Positions 1-12,149 of a stretch of 64,000 nt of DNA are shown here, piece after piece. The notes beneath the pieces were generated by a model. It was not told the DNA's origin. It did no database searches and saw nothing but the letters and a program-made list of their open reading frames with translations. The stretch is from Camelus dromedarius (lineage: Eukaryota), in the NCBI RefSeq assembly GCF_036321535.1, contig NC_087438.1:1862001-1926000 (forward strand), written 5' to 3'. Position numbers and translations under genes: made by a program. Position 1 is the stretch's first letter; each line of letters begins with the position of its first letter.

Positions 1-1875
1 GTCAGCTCACACCACGGGCAAGCGTCCCCGGGACGGAGAGGAGGAGGAAGCCCAGCTTGTCTAGCCCCAGGCCTGAGAGTGCCGAGCCTCAGGCCTCAGC
101 CGGGTCGCCACCAAACGGCTGTAACTCCTTCCAAGCCTTCGCCCTCTGTGGACGGACAGCGGTGACTCCTGCTGAGTGAGGTCTGTGCTGAGGGTCCGGA
201 AAGCTGGCGGAAAACACGAGATCTGTGCCGATTCTGATGGCGGCTTGTTGAGCGATTAGTCCTCAGCAGGGATTCCAGGCGAGACTTTGGACTTGGCTGG
301 GGGGAGACGCCTTTGCTGCCAGGGGCATCACGACACATGCCACGTCGGCGGAACACGGGGAGCAGCTGGCATCCTGGGTGGGGGCGACCCTTCTGATGAC
401 GGGGCCCCAGGATGGTGGCCCAACAGCAGTGGTTCCTGGCATGCTCGGAGGGCTTCCTGTCTGAAGACCCGGACTGCGTGAGTCCCCGGTCTAGACCCAG
501 TCCCTGGGCCCAGGTCCAAACCTCCTGGAGTCCTTGGAAAGATCTTTGACCTCAGTGTGATCAGCAGTGTTAGGATCAAGATCAGGAAGGACCCCATTAT
601 TGTCCGCTCACAGCGAAATGTCCAGACTCCAACGCGGCAGAAGCCCAGGCCTGGCATCTTCTCTGAAACAGGATCTGCAGCTGGGAACTGAAAATCAGGC
701 AGGGTCTGAGGCTTGAGAGGGTCGGCCGCCCAGGGCCCCAGCTCCGCCTGCAGGTTACAGACGGGCTGGGGAGTTGGACCCGGTCCCCCTGAGAGCCGTT
801 CCGGGGTGAGCTGCAGGCCAGCCATGGGGCTGCTGTTCAGGCTGTCGAGCGGAGGGCCCGAGCCAGGTTCTAAGCGATTCGATTCCTGGTTTCCTGGAAC
901 ACAGCTCACGCTCCCTCCTCCCCAGTCACTCTCAGGTCTGACTTGCAGAGAAGAATCTCGGCTTCTTGCAGTTCCGTTCTCTCCATAGGAATGCTTGGTG
1001 CTCAGCTGTCAGAGGCAGTGGCCGTGGAGGGGGCGCTGGACGGGTCCCTGTGAGCTACCATTTACCCTGTTTGTCTTGATCTACATCTTGGTTGATAGAA
1101 GCTGGAGGCACGTGCAGGCACGTGGAGGAACGCTTGGTGTCTCTACCATTCATATTCGACTGAGGGTTTCCAGGAGGCAAAATTACATTCTGCGTCTCGG
1201 GGGAACATTCCACCTCCAAAGACGGTCCCTGCCCCAGCGGTTCTGAGTGCACCTCTGTCCCAGAGTCCGGGAGCTCTGCCACCCCCAGAGGAAGACAGGC
1301 GCTCTTCTCTCTAAGAAAGAGGCTGAATCAGAACACGCTTTGCTGAAACTTCTGTGTCGCTGGGAGCCCCAAGAAGGACAACTGGGAGGAGGCTGGCATG
1401 TGGCTGGGACGCCCAGGCAGCCGGTCCCCCGGGGCCAGCCGCGCAGTCACGGCGTGCTGGTCTGTGCGTCTGGGGGAGACGATGCTCCCTCGGCAGAGCA
1501 CTTGGGAGACAGAAACCTCAAGTTTAAATGTGGGGTTTGGGCCCTTATTTCAGAACAGCACCCCAGAATCTCTACATCTCCCCCCGGGTCCAGTAGAAGA
1601 AGAGGGGCTGGCCTCCTGTGGTTTAAGACCCACTTCTCCCACTGAAGTGCATATGTACTTGAGCTTTGATGCTGTGGTTCTTGGACCCAAGTGGAACCAT
1701 CATGAATTGTTTGCCTTTGATGGTTCCCGGGTCAGAGGGCGTTCGTCTCCTCGGCTACAAACCGGCAGCACGAACACCAGCTTCGTGCCAGTGGAGAGAG
1801 GCGCGTCCAGGTCTGGGCCCTTCCCCAGCCTCGCACAAATGACACTCAGAGGCCACGGAGAATGAGCAACGATCC

Positions 1876-2131
1876 CGGGGGTGGGGGGTATGGATAGATT
1901 AGGAGGTGGGGATTAACAGATACACACTATTGTATATAAAACACATTAACAACAAGGGCCTACGGTAGAGCACAGGGAGCTAGATTCAGTTTCTTGTAAT
2001 GAGCTGTAACGGAGAAGAATCTGAAAAAGGTATGTGCGTATGTATGTGTGTAACTGAATCACTTTGCTCTGCACCCGAGACTAACATCGTAAACTGACTA
2101 CATGTCAATGAAAAATAAGGATTAAAAAAAT
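1876..2131 (+). mobile_element. LINE-1 3' UTR fragment (cetartiodactyl-type, 5'-truncated)
   Basis: Contains 'gattaacagatacacactattgtatataaaa...aacaagggcctac...gcacagggagcta...gtgtaactgaatcactttgct' and ends in an A-rich tail. Homologous by eye to the in-window copy at 41912-42295. Confidence 0.85.
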
Positions 2132-5100
2132 AAGTAAGCCGGTCCTGCCTGAGGCTGAGGAGAAAGTCTGAATGATGAGAGCTGAATATCGACTGTGACC
2201 TGGGGGCTCCAGCAAAGCGCCGCCTCCCCCACACTCACCCTGACAAGGTGCATGGCGAGCAGCCGGGACCCAGGCAAGAGGGCAGCAGTTTGCAAACATC
2301 ATCTCAGGCCGTGAGGGGAGCAGAGGGTGAACGGCTGAAGGAGAGTCACAGGGTCTTTGTGGGAAATGACCACATGGAGTCAAAGAGAGACAGTGGGGGG
2401 TGCGATGCTGACCGTGTCCAGTCTCACTCCTGGTCCCATCCAGCGCCTCGGACCCCTGCCCCTGCTGCACATCCCAGGCCAACGGGGCAGCGGGGGAGGC
2501 GCTCATCCGGCAGTGGCCCCGCTCCAGAGAAAACCTGCTGGTGGCAGGGATCTCTAAATGTCCAAGAAGATTTTCTTATTAGTATTTTAAATCTTTATAC
2601 TGGAACTCATGCCATTCTTGCTGTAATCTCATTCACTCGAAACTCAGATGCCTTATTTTGTCCCAGATACGCATTGAAATTTGACAGAAAACAGCCAAAT
2701 ATAAATGGGCATTTGGGTATCATTTAAATTCTTGTAAATTTGTTCATTCTATCTGCGACTTTCAACAATCACTGTCATTCCAAAGGGGCTGTGAGGCTCC
2801 AGAAAAATGAAGAGAGTCTTTATACAAATGGGAAATTTGAAAGTTGCCTTCTGTTTTAATTTCTTAAAATTTTGTTACAACTTTGATACTTAGCTGACTT
2901 TTGGATCCATAGAACTAGGAGCTGCTCAGGGAGATTTTTTCCTTTATCTCTTCCATCAGATGTTGGTCCAGGTTCCTTTAAACCCAAGTGAAAGAGAACA
3001 TGGCCTTTTATCAAGGCACGAGCTCTGGAACTCACGAGACATCCTGGGACACACAGAGCCCACAGCTGAAGTCTGGAAGTGCAGCCCACAGCTTTGCCCT
3101 CCTGGAGAGTCACAGCTCCAGCCAAGGTCCTGAGCTGAGAATTCCTGTGGTTCCGTCAGTCAAAGTAGCCTTATGAAGCTACCCTTTTCTCAACCCTCTT
3201 TGACACTAGAACGCTTTCTAATGTAAGAATGTGCTAGCGTGCCACAAAGCGGCGTGTCTGCAGAATGGCCCTGGGTACCGCCTTTTATTTTCAGCTGCAC
3301 CGAATGGGAAGGAGTGGGTTCATGGAAGTTATTCAGAAGTCGGGCACAGGTCTGAGTCAAGGAATCGTACATTTCCAACCTTTCACTTGGCGCCCACAGC
3401 AAGAAAGCCATTACTGTCTTCTGCCAGGTGCCTCCATTAGAGAGTTAGTGGTGGCATTTCTCATGAACCTACTTTCCATTCTCACTTAGAGACATTTAAA
3501 CCATATGGCTCCAAGCTTCCTTTATCTTTTTGCAAAAAAAAAAAAAAAATGACTAAATATGGTATGAAAGACTTAACCCAGCCAGGACTGAATTGAAACA
3601 GAGCTTTGATGCGACCCAGACAGCCAGCTCTGTGGATATCAGGACATTTTGATGTAAATTGAAAATTTCAACCGTCCACAAGGAGAACGGACAGAAACTT
3701 CAGACCCACGACAAAAGTGGAGGACATTTATAGGTTGTGCTATTTGAAGATAAATGACGTTTTGGATTCAATTCAGAAATGTTGCACATTTCCAAAGCAG
3801 CCTCACCAGATGGAATCACAATGTTTTATTATGATTTTAAAAATAAAAGTTTTAGATGGTGGCATACCAGGGATGTTTGAAATTCATTCTGCATCCTGAA
3901 AAGCTTACACTTGTCAGCCTTAAATAGAAATTTTAAAAATCCACCAATTGGAGTTTAAAAATTTAGTTGTGTTGACTTTTAAAAATAGCCCCTGTAAAAT
4001 CTCTCTGTCTCTCCTGTTTCTTTCTTTCTTTCTTTTTTTAAGTAGCTGTAGTGTCCTGCCTGTGCTTAACGCAGAACTACCAACTGTCTAGTCAAGGACA
4101 TCGGGTGTGGGGCCCAGGCTGTCTGGCCCGGGGCCTCCACCAGCCTTGCCCCGGCCTCTGCGGGAGCCCGCGGGCTATGCCGTCACCCTTCACCTGTCAG
4201 CTGTGCAGGAGGCAGAGTCCTGGACCTTCCTCCCGTTATCATATACCAGCTATGCGATTTTGCGCAGAAATGTGCTTTCTCTCCTCAGGGGCAAAATCAA
4301 ACAATTTTGCAAAGCTTTTGTCTGGCTCCGTGAGCTACAATATGATGAAATGAATTAGATGCACTAAATTAGACCACAGATGTGAATAATTGATAACTGG
4401 CCTTATATTTCAACTCTTACGGCGCTGTTTGTCCTTCCGAGAGGAGCAGGTGAATCCAAAGGTGTGCGGCCGCCTGCCTGCACCCAGCCCTGAGCCAGCT
4501 CGCTTTACCTCCGTGTGGTTCTTCCCTGTCCGATCTAAGTCACCAACACCAGAGAAAGAAGAGAGGGCGTATCTCTGACCGCTGAGCCCTCCAGCTTTCT
4601 GTTCATGCCCAGGCGGATGGAGGAAACACCAAGGATGCTTTCAGAAGGCGAAGCTCGGGCCGTTGCTTTTAACCTCTTTATAACCGGTGTATTTTTGAGC
4701 CGAGTCTTCTGAAAGCTACACGTCGCCGCCTGTGGATTCTTTCTGGATCTAGATGACAGTGGCCTCAGAAAACTGCGTCTGCTTCTCCTGAGTGACCATC
4801 AAAATCCAAGCCAGCTGCGTTTCTTCAGAGAAGCTTCTTAGCTAACGCACGTGGAGCGGATCGCCCCTGGGAAAGGGCTCTGTCACTTTGATTTCAACTG
4901 AAAAATAAATGGACCCTGGGATTACATCCCTCTGTGTCTGAGACTCCCCAGAAGAGCTGGTCCTGGCGTGGCACTGTCCACACGGAGGACACAGGGGCAG
5001 AGGCGGACACTCCGGGATTGAGATGCCCGGGGTGACCGGAGACAGTGACCGGCTAAGACGGTGACTTCGGCTGGAGTCTGAGCCGCCGTCTGCTGAGTGG

Positions 5101-6762
5101 AGACCTGCAGGTCTGGCCAGGCTGCTCTGGAGTTCATGAAAGGAGGGACCCAAAGCACTCGGACATTTTGAAGGGAAGCTTGTCTCACCTAAAAACCAGA
5201 CTGAACCTGCCCGTGGTGTCCGACGTCGCAGGGGCGGCCCCGCCGGGCGCCGGCGCGCCTCGTTCTCGTCCAGCCTTGGTCGCAGGCTCTCCTGCGGCTG
5301 GGGGTGCCGTCACCTTCCTGTCGGGCCAAGGCTGAGGCGTCTGTGAGTGTTTAAAATATTGTCTTCACTGGGCCTGTGTGTTGAAAGTTCCTTGTCCGTT
5401 TAATTGAAATCTGAGGTTAATATAAGAAAATTGAAGTGAGACATGGAGTGGAAATTTGCTAAAAGAAATGTGTTCTTTAGCCTACGGATACATTGCTTTT
5501 TCTTTTGATTTGGGGTTTGGTTTTGTTGGCTTTTTTCCCTTTTTCTTGAAACTTGATATTTGAGGGTATTTCCAGTCTTTGAATCAGTCAACTGTGGTCA
5601 AACCATGCTTGTAGACCAGACTAGTGCAAGCAGCCACACTGACTTTAAAGACTAATAAAATCGTGCTGCTTCTTGTTGAATGTCATAAGTGATGAATGGT
5701 CCTATTAAATCTCCACACGGCCTTATTACCGTGTCAAAACAGATCATCAAAGAGACACCCACCCCGTGCGGCAGAACGCTGGTGGCCCGCCGTGGGCTTT
5801 CCGGCGGATCCGTCCAGGGTCCACACTCGATGGTACAAGTGTCTCGGTGTGTGAGGGCTCCGGGAGCGGGGACGATGCACTGTCCAGGGCCAGGCACGCA
5901 GTACAGCCCAGTAAATGCCTACTTGAATGACTGGGGTGACCCCACCGTGCACGTAGTCCCTTGTGCCTCATGTGAATCTCTAAGATGCCTTTGCTACATT
6001 TATTTGACAAATATACGTAAGGAAAACCATTGTGCTCTTCCATGCAGTGAGGATTTTCTTTACAGTCCGAGGGTGTATTCAGCGACCAACCCCCCCTGAA
6101 AGATGGTGGCCCCACTTCCTGTCTGTGGCTGCTCCACTGGGACCTGGTTGTCCACCAGACAGAGACGGGGTCCCCTCTTCCCGCCCTCACTCTCTGCTTT
6201 CTCCATCCCCTGTCCACCATATGTTTTCTTACGCCTGCCTAAATCCCCGTCCAAGATGACCCAGGCAGGGTCCACGGTCGGCAAGAGGCGTGCCTGTGAA
6301 TCAATGTGGGTGAACAGTAACTCCCTGTCAGACACGGGAACAGCTGGGCACCCACGCCTGCCCCCACCCGTCAGTGGAGACGGGGAAACGCCAGCCAGGC
6401 CCACCCAGGGCAGAGATGCGCCTGCCCTCCCCGCTGAGAGGCTCTGGGGACTCCCCCACCCGCCTGTGTCCATCAGATGTGCTGCTGGGCATGAATGGGG
6501 CGGGGGGGGGGTCCCTTGCCTGCCTGCACCTGTCTGCTCAGCTGATGGGCAGGGAGAGGTGGGGGCGGCCCCCTCCCATGCTGTCAACCCCGCTGACAGA
6601 CAAGTGTAGGGGTGGGCAAGGCCCCTGGCCTCTCGTGGTCAGATGGGGGGGTTGTTGCTTGATTGGGGAGCAGACGGGGGTTCCGCTTGCCTGGCAGCCT
6701 GAGGGGCTGTAAGCACTGGAGACGGAGGGTCTACAAAGACTAGAGTGAAAGACAGGGCGGGA

Positions 6763-6805
6763 GTGTGTGTGTGTGCGTGTGTGTGCATGTGTGTGCATGT
6801 GTGTG
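6763..6805. repeat. Imperfect (TG)n microsatellite
   Basis: Visible directly as gtgtgtgtgtgtgcgtgtgtgtgcatgtgtgtgcatgtgtgtg. Confidence 0.9.
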
Positions 6806-7901
6806 CCTAAGCCTTTTTTGAATGTGAAAACGGGGCCCCACGTGCACACCACGGGGCATCCACTGAGCCATAACACTTGTCTTATAGCGACTGGGGCAAT
6901 GACAAGCTTTTGTCCAAAATATTTTGCTATAAATGGGACTTTCACATAAATACGCTTTCAAAAATGAAGAAGGGAGGTAGGGTCAATACGTGTTAAGTTT
7001 GAACTTCAACTGTATAAGATACAAATTTAGACCTATTATATATTTTTCATATTTATAGCCCCAAATAGTAAGCTTGTTCCCTTACCACTTGGTAGGTAAA
7101 GAACGTGGTTTTTGAGCCCTTTACTCAGTGGTTTCAATTTTTTTTCTTTCTTAGATTAGAATTCTTTCACCCATAAGAGACATTTAAAGCCAGGATCTGG
7201 GTGCAGGCTTCGGACAGGAAAATCTACCATTGACGAGAGATGCTACCGGTCCGCTTCACTCAGGAAGCATCGTGCAGTGTTACCAGGTTGGAGCCTCCAG
7301 GGAAGCAGCCCGAGGCCCTGCTGGAAATGAGCCTCGTGGAGAGTGCTGGCGACAGGGCCGCTGCCCTGGGAAGGGGCTCGGTGAGGAAGCAGTGGAGCGT
7401 CTTATGACTGAGTGTCTGGCCAGCTCTACACAACCCGCAGAAAGATGGCGTGAAGTATTTTAGTGATTCATTACGTAAACAAGACACTTTTCTTTCATAA
7501 GAACTCAAAATATCTGGAATTTGAAGGAAGGAAGTTGGGCACTTACTCTGATCCCATTTCGCTTCCATGAAATAGAAAATGAGAGGCCTATTTCCTGACA
7601 CCCGGGGAGCCGGCGTCGAGCTGGCGCAGTGACACTTCAGACGGAGCCTGCGTGGCTCCGAGGATTGATGCAGATGAAGGATACACTGTTAAAGATTCTG
7701 ATCGCTCTCAGAATTTCCTGCTCTGTCCTCCCAGAACAGCTCAGTAAAAATGGCCGACGGGACCGTGTGGTCTCAGCAGTGCGCGTGGGAAGACCTAGCA
7801 GCCAGTCAACCATTTGAAGCCAAAATCAACCTGCTGTTCAAGAGTAAACCTTCTCTCATCAAAGAATGACACTGGAAATACTGACACAGGAACATGGGGC
7901 G

Positions 7902-8485
7902 TGAGAGGACGGCCGCTTCCCAGGTCTCAGACGAGTCTCTGGGACGCACCCCATCACGTGAGGGTCCTTGGCTTCGCGCAGGAATGAATCCAAGAGTGAG
8001 CCAAAGCAGAGTGGAAGTAGGTTTACTCAGAGATGCGCACTCCGTAGACCGAGTGTGGGCGCCTCAGAAGGACAGACAGGCCACGAGGCGTGGGGGGGTG
8101 GTTAGTTTAAAGTAAAAGCAGACGCACACTCCATAGACAGAGTGAGGGCGTCGCGCTCAGAAGCGAGAGCGGCCACGAGGTGTGAGGCTGTTGGTCTTCA
8201 TGGGCTCAGCACCTTCACGTGCTGACAAGTGGGAGGGTTATTCCAACTGCTTTGGGGAAGGGGCGGGGCTTCCATGAACCGGGCCACCTCCCACTTCTTG
8301 ACCTTTTAAGGTCAGCCTCGGAACTGTCATGGCGCCTGGGGGAGGGCCGTTTGCCACGCTGATATGTTACAATGAGCATATAAGGAGGCTCAGGGCCCAC
8401 TGGGAGCTGAACCTTCCGCCATCTTCATGCTAACTGCTGTGTCCTTCCTTGAATGGCTGTGCCCTGCCCCCTCCCTCCTGTCTCA
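7902..8485 (-). mobile_element. Solo ERV1 LTR, MER41-like
   Basis: Ordered blocks 'gggtccttggcttcgcgcaggaatgaatccaagagtgag', 'actccatagacagag', 'aactgtcatggcgc' and 'gccatctt' resemble the reverse complement of the MER41 consensus as recalled. Ends in ...tgtctca (TG start on the minus strand). The left boundary is approximate. Confidence 0.7.
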
Positions 8486-9759
8486 ATGCCAGCAGACACA
8501 GTGGTCCGACGTGGTGGGCAATCAGTGCCTCCCACCCCCCTCCCTGAAATACGCTTGTTGGTCCCACATTCACAGGTCCTGGTTTCATCATCCTGACTCG
8601 TTCATGAGTACGGTACCTAACCACGCTTTCAGAAGACAGTGAATTTGCTATTTTTCAACTTCTTCTTTTTCGCTTTGAGGCACAGGGTAATTTTCTGGGC
8701 TCATTAGCAGAGATTCTGTTTGTATGTGCAAATATGCCAGGGTGACCTGGAACATCGGCTGTGGTTCTTCATGCTCAATGTGGATGTTAACAGTTGAGTG
8801 AAAGAAGGCATCTCTCAGTTGGACCAGGAGAGAGAGGCCTCCATTCACGTTTAGTTTCCTTTCATTTCTGGGCACGTGGCCCCTGGCCCAGACTGATGCC
8901 ACAGGTGCACTTCACAGGCCGGCTCTCGCCTTTTTTGGAGCCGTGGGTTTATCCTGACTCTCCAGGGCGGTCTCTGCTTCAAGTCTGATGTCCAGGAAAG
9001 TACAAGGAGAGGCATTCTGTGAATTCCTTGACTGCCTTCCTTTTATGCTCTGCACTGGTCATTTTACACCTGGAGGAGTGCATCCAGTCAGGGAAGCCAC
9101 ATTTAAGGGAAAAAGAGAAAAAACTTGAAAAGAAGAATTCCAGAGGGGACTCGCAAAGGGCCAGGGTCTCTGACGACATCGCGCGAGTAATAGCTGAAGG
9201 TACTAGAGGTATTTAAACCAGGAAGGAGGGCGCCCAGAGGGGGCATTAAAGTGTTTGTAAGTTTTTCACGTGAAAGAGGAGTTACAGACAGTCGTGGCAA
9301 CTGCAGAGACCTGAGCCGGGACCCTCCTGTGGGCCACGCTACAGCGAGCAAGGGACGAGCTCTGCCAGACAGGGGTCGGCTCAGCGGAGCTTGCTGGCAG
9401 CACAACACCCAGTAACTGGCTGGAAAAGCACCTCTTAGGGATGTTGGAAAGAGCAGTCCTTCCTTCCAGTAGGAGTTTGACGTCAAAACGTCTGAATGTT
9501 TCCTCTAATAGTATATGATTCAATCATAAAGCTATTTAGAATACTCTGGGTCAGGATGGTGCCAAATCTTCCCTGTTCATTATAGATCATTTGAGCTTTT
9601 TTTTCCCCTCAGATTTAACACTATGAAGGTTTGTTTTAAAATCTAATAGAATAGATTTATCAAATATTCTTGTATTAAGTCACAGGTTGATTGCATATTC
9701 AGTTTTCGTGGTTATATGTCACCTCGAAGACAACCAGCTAATATGAAAGAAAAATGGAA

Positions 9760-10010
9760 TGAGCTTTAAAATGGTAAATTTTGACGGCCTGATAAATAAA
9801 TACACCCTAAAGATTCAATAATTCATCACTTTGAGTTATTTATCTCTCTCAAAAGATTTCTGAAATCATTCTTTACTGTTTCGCTTGATTAATTCTTTGA
9901 TCTCCCCCCCGGAGATCCCTTTATCCGCAGCCACCGCACGGCTGAGTTATTAAACAGAAGGCGGGCTGACCAGCAGGCTGATGTCAATCAGGTGAAGCTG
10001 TGCAGAGGCT
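9760..10010. promoter_or_regulatory. Candidate developmental enhancer (motif cluster in unique DNA)
   Basis: TGATTAAT 9886-9893, CTTTGAT 9895-9901 and TGTCAATCA 9982-9990. Function not demonstrated. Confidence 0.35.
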
Positions 10011-10888
10011 GGGCACCGGCTGGGAGGGCAGCTTTTCTACTAACCGGGGTTGGGAGGGCTGCGGCCGCCGTGTGTTGGTGTACTAGTTAAGCGTAAGTGG
10101 CTAGTTTACAGGCACACTGGTCACCAGTGCGGGGCCACCTGCTCGCTAGGAGCCCGTCTGAATTACCTGGGTTCTTTAGGGCACTCCATTAACAGTCTTT
10201 TTCTTGGGAGAGTAGTGATGGCTCTAGTTTCCCTGCGGTGCCCACTTGCAACGCTGGGAATCACAGGAACTTCCAAAAAAATCACTGTCCGCTACAGAGC
10301 GGGGGTTTGTGTGTATTTGCAAGGGCTGAATTAAATCCTGACAGGTTTGCATCGTTATTAACGTTTTATGGGAAATCTAGACACTGGTTATTCCACCTGC
10401 TTGTCCTCACAATCTTCAGATATTCTGACTCAGGACCCAGACGGCACCCGACATGCGGGCGGTGGGAGGAGACCAGCCTGAGAGGTGGGCTAACGGGACC
10501 TTCAAGACCGATCTGAAAAAGCAAAGACCTGAGCCGTAAGGCAGCCTCCGCAGAGCCGCCTTTTCTCTTAAGTGGGTCCTTAAGCTAACGAAACATCTGC
10601 AGGTAGAGGAAAGCTCCCTGTGACGGAGGCCAGGCCAGCATGCGATTAATAACTAAACACACAAGCAAGTGACTCGTGCTTGGGACTGCTGTGTGCCCGC
10701 ATTTACTTCACCCGTGTGGCCTCACACCCGGATCTGGGAGGTGGGGGGCGTCTCCAGGGCAGGGGACCAGTGAAGGGCTGAGGTCTCCACCCTGGGCTGC
10801 AAGGCAGGGTTCACACCCACTTGAAAGACGAAGCGAAGCAAGTCCCTGAAGCAGGAGCTCAGGCCCGAGCCGAGCCGTCGGGTGCTCA

Positions 10889-10972
10889 CTTCTCTCCCCC
10901 GCTCTCCCCATCCCTCCCCATCCCTCCCCCCCGCTCACCCCGTCCCTCCCCCCTCCCTCCCTCCCCCCTCTC
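10889..10972. repeat. C-rich polypyrimidine low-complexity tract
   Basis: Runs of (ccct)/(ccccat) with very few purines over about 85 bp. Confidence 0.85.
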
Positions 10973-11335
10973 TGTCTTGAGCCTGTGATGGTTCTACAGT
11001 TTGTGCCTGATGGTTATAGAGAGAACATTCAGCTTTATTTATAACAGGACTTCCCAGATTACAGTGGATTACTTTTCTGGAAAGAAGGAACGAGGGGTTA
11101 CGGGACCGGCTCCACCATTAACTGCTCTCGGGGAATCCTGGGGTGAAGTCAGAGGGGTTCCCGGGGCCCCTCCTGAGCCCATGGTGTGTGGACATGCTGC
11201 ACGGGTCTCCCTGGAGGGACTGCACACGGGGCTTCCTGAACTTCTTTGCCCATGAAATCCTTTTTCATGGAATGTCTATTAATATCTCAGAACACAGTGT
11301 GGAAAAACTCTAGTTCACTTTATTAATTCGCTTAC

Positions 11336-11620
11336 CAAACCCTTTCTCCATGGATAAGGCACCAACAGACGCTATCCTTGGTCAGGTCTGAATCGATAAC
11401 ATTCTGAATCGGCAAAGGCGAACTGGTGGCATTTCTCTTCCAGAATGTGAATTGAAGAGCGGCTGCCACGATCCCCAAGCGCGTCCCAGACTCGCCCGTT
11501 CTGGGGCGTGTCTTAGGAATAAAAGGCTTTACTGATTCAGGCATTTCCGGAACTACTTCAAAACCTACTCGCTCTCTCAACACCCAACTCGTGTGGTGGG
11601 GATCCAACGAAATAACAATT
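11336..11620 (-). other. Candidate internal exon (285 nt, phase 2-2, one open frame), product unknown
   Basis: Minus strand has a long T-rich tract ending ttttttttcag before 11620 and a TTG|GTAAGC donor after 11336. ORF 11332..11676 is open across it. No known protein recognised. Confidence 0.4.
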
Positions 11621-12149
11621 CTGAAAAAAAACACAGAAATACACAAACGAATAATAAAAAGAACAAAACCCAACAAAAACTCTTCATACCTGTCTTTAAA
11701 CTAGAATTTCACAAATATAACGAACATTGAATTATTATGTTTTTAACTACATAACAATCTTCCCACAAGCTAGTTTTCTGGAACACACTTGGGGATGCGC
11801 TGACCTGCAATGGCAGTTCAGATTTCTTTGGGAGCCACAGCTGACTTAGCTTCCTGCCCCTCCAAGGCTCAGGAGCGCCGGAGCAGGAACCAGGAGGGCC
11901 GTTAATCTGCAGCACCCCCGGAACTCTGCAGGACAGTAAAACAAGCCAGGGACGCGCGTTAACTACCTGTGCTTTAAACTGAGCTGCTGCTAAGCTCTGC
12001 TCCGTCACCCTCTGTCGTTTGCCGCAGCCTTTTCACAGACGCTGGGGAGTCAGGGCACAGGCACACCAGGTTCTCGCCGAGCTCCTTAACACCGGGTGTG
12101 GGCAGACCCGATGGCTGCGCGATGCTTCTGGGCCGTGTCTGTTCTAGTT

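Noticed and set aside
328..909. 193-aa minus-strand ORF with a short hydrophobic stretch
   Set aside because: No recognisable family or splice context. Stop-poor GC-rich sequence explains it.
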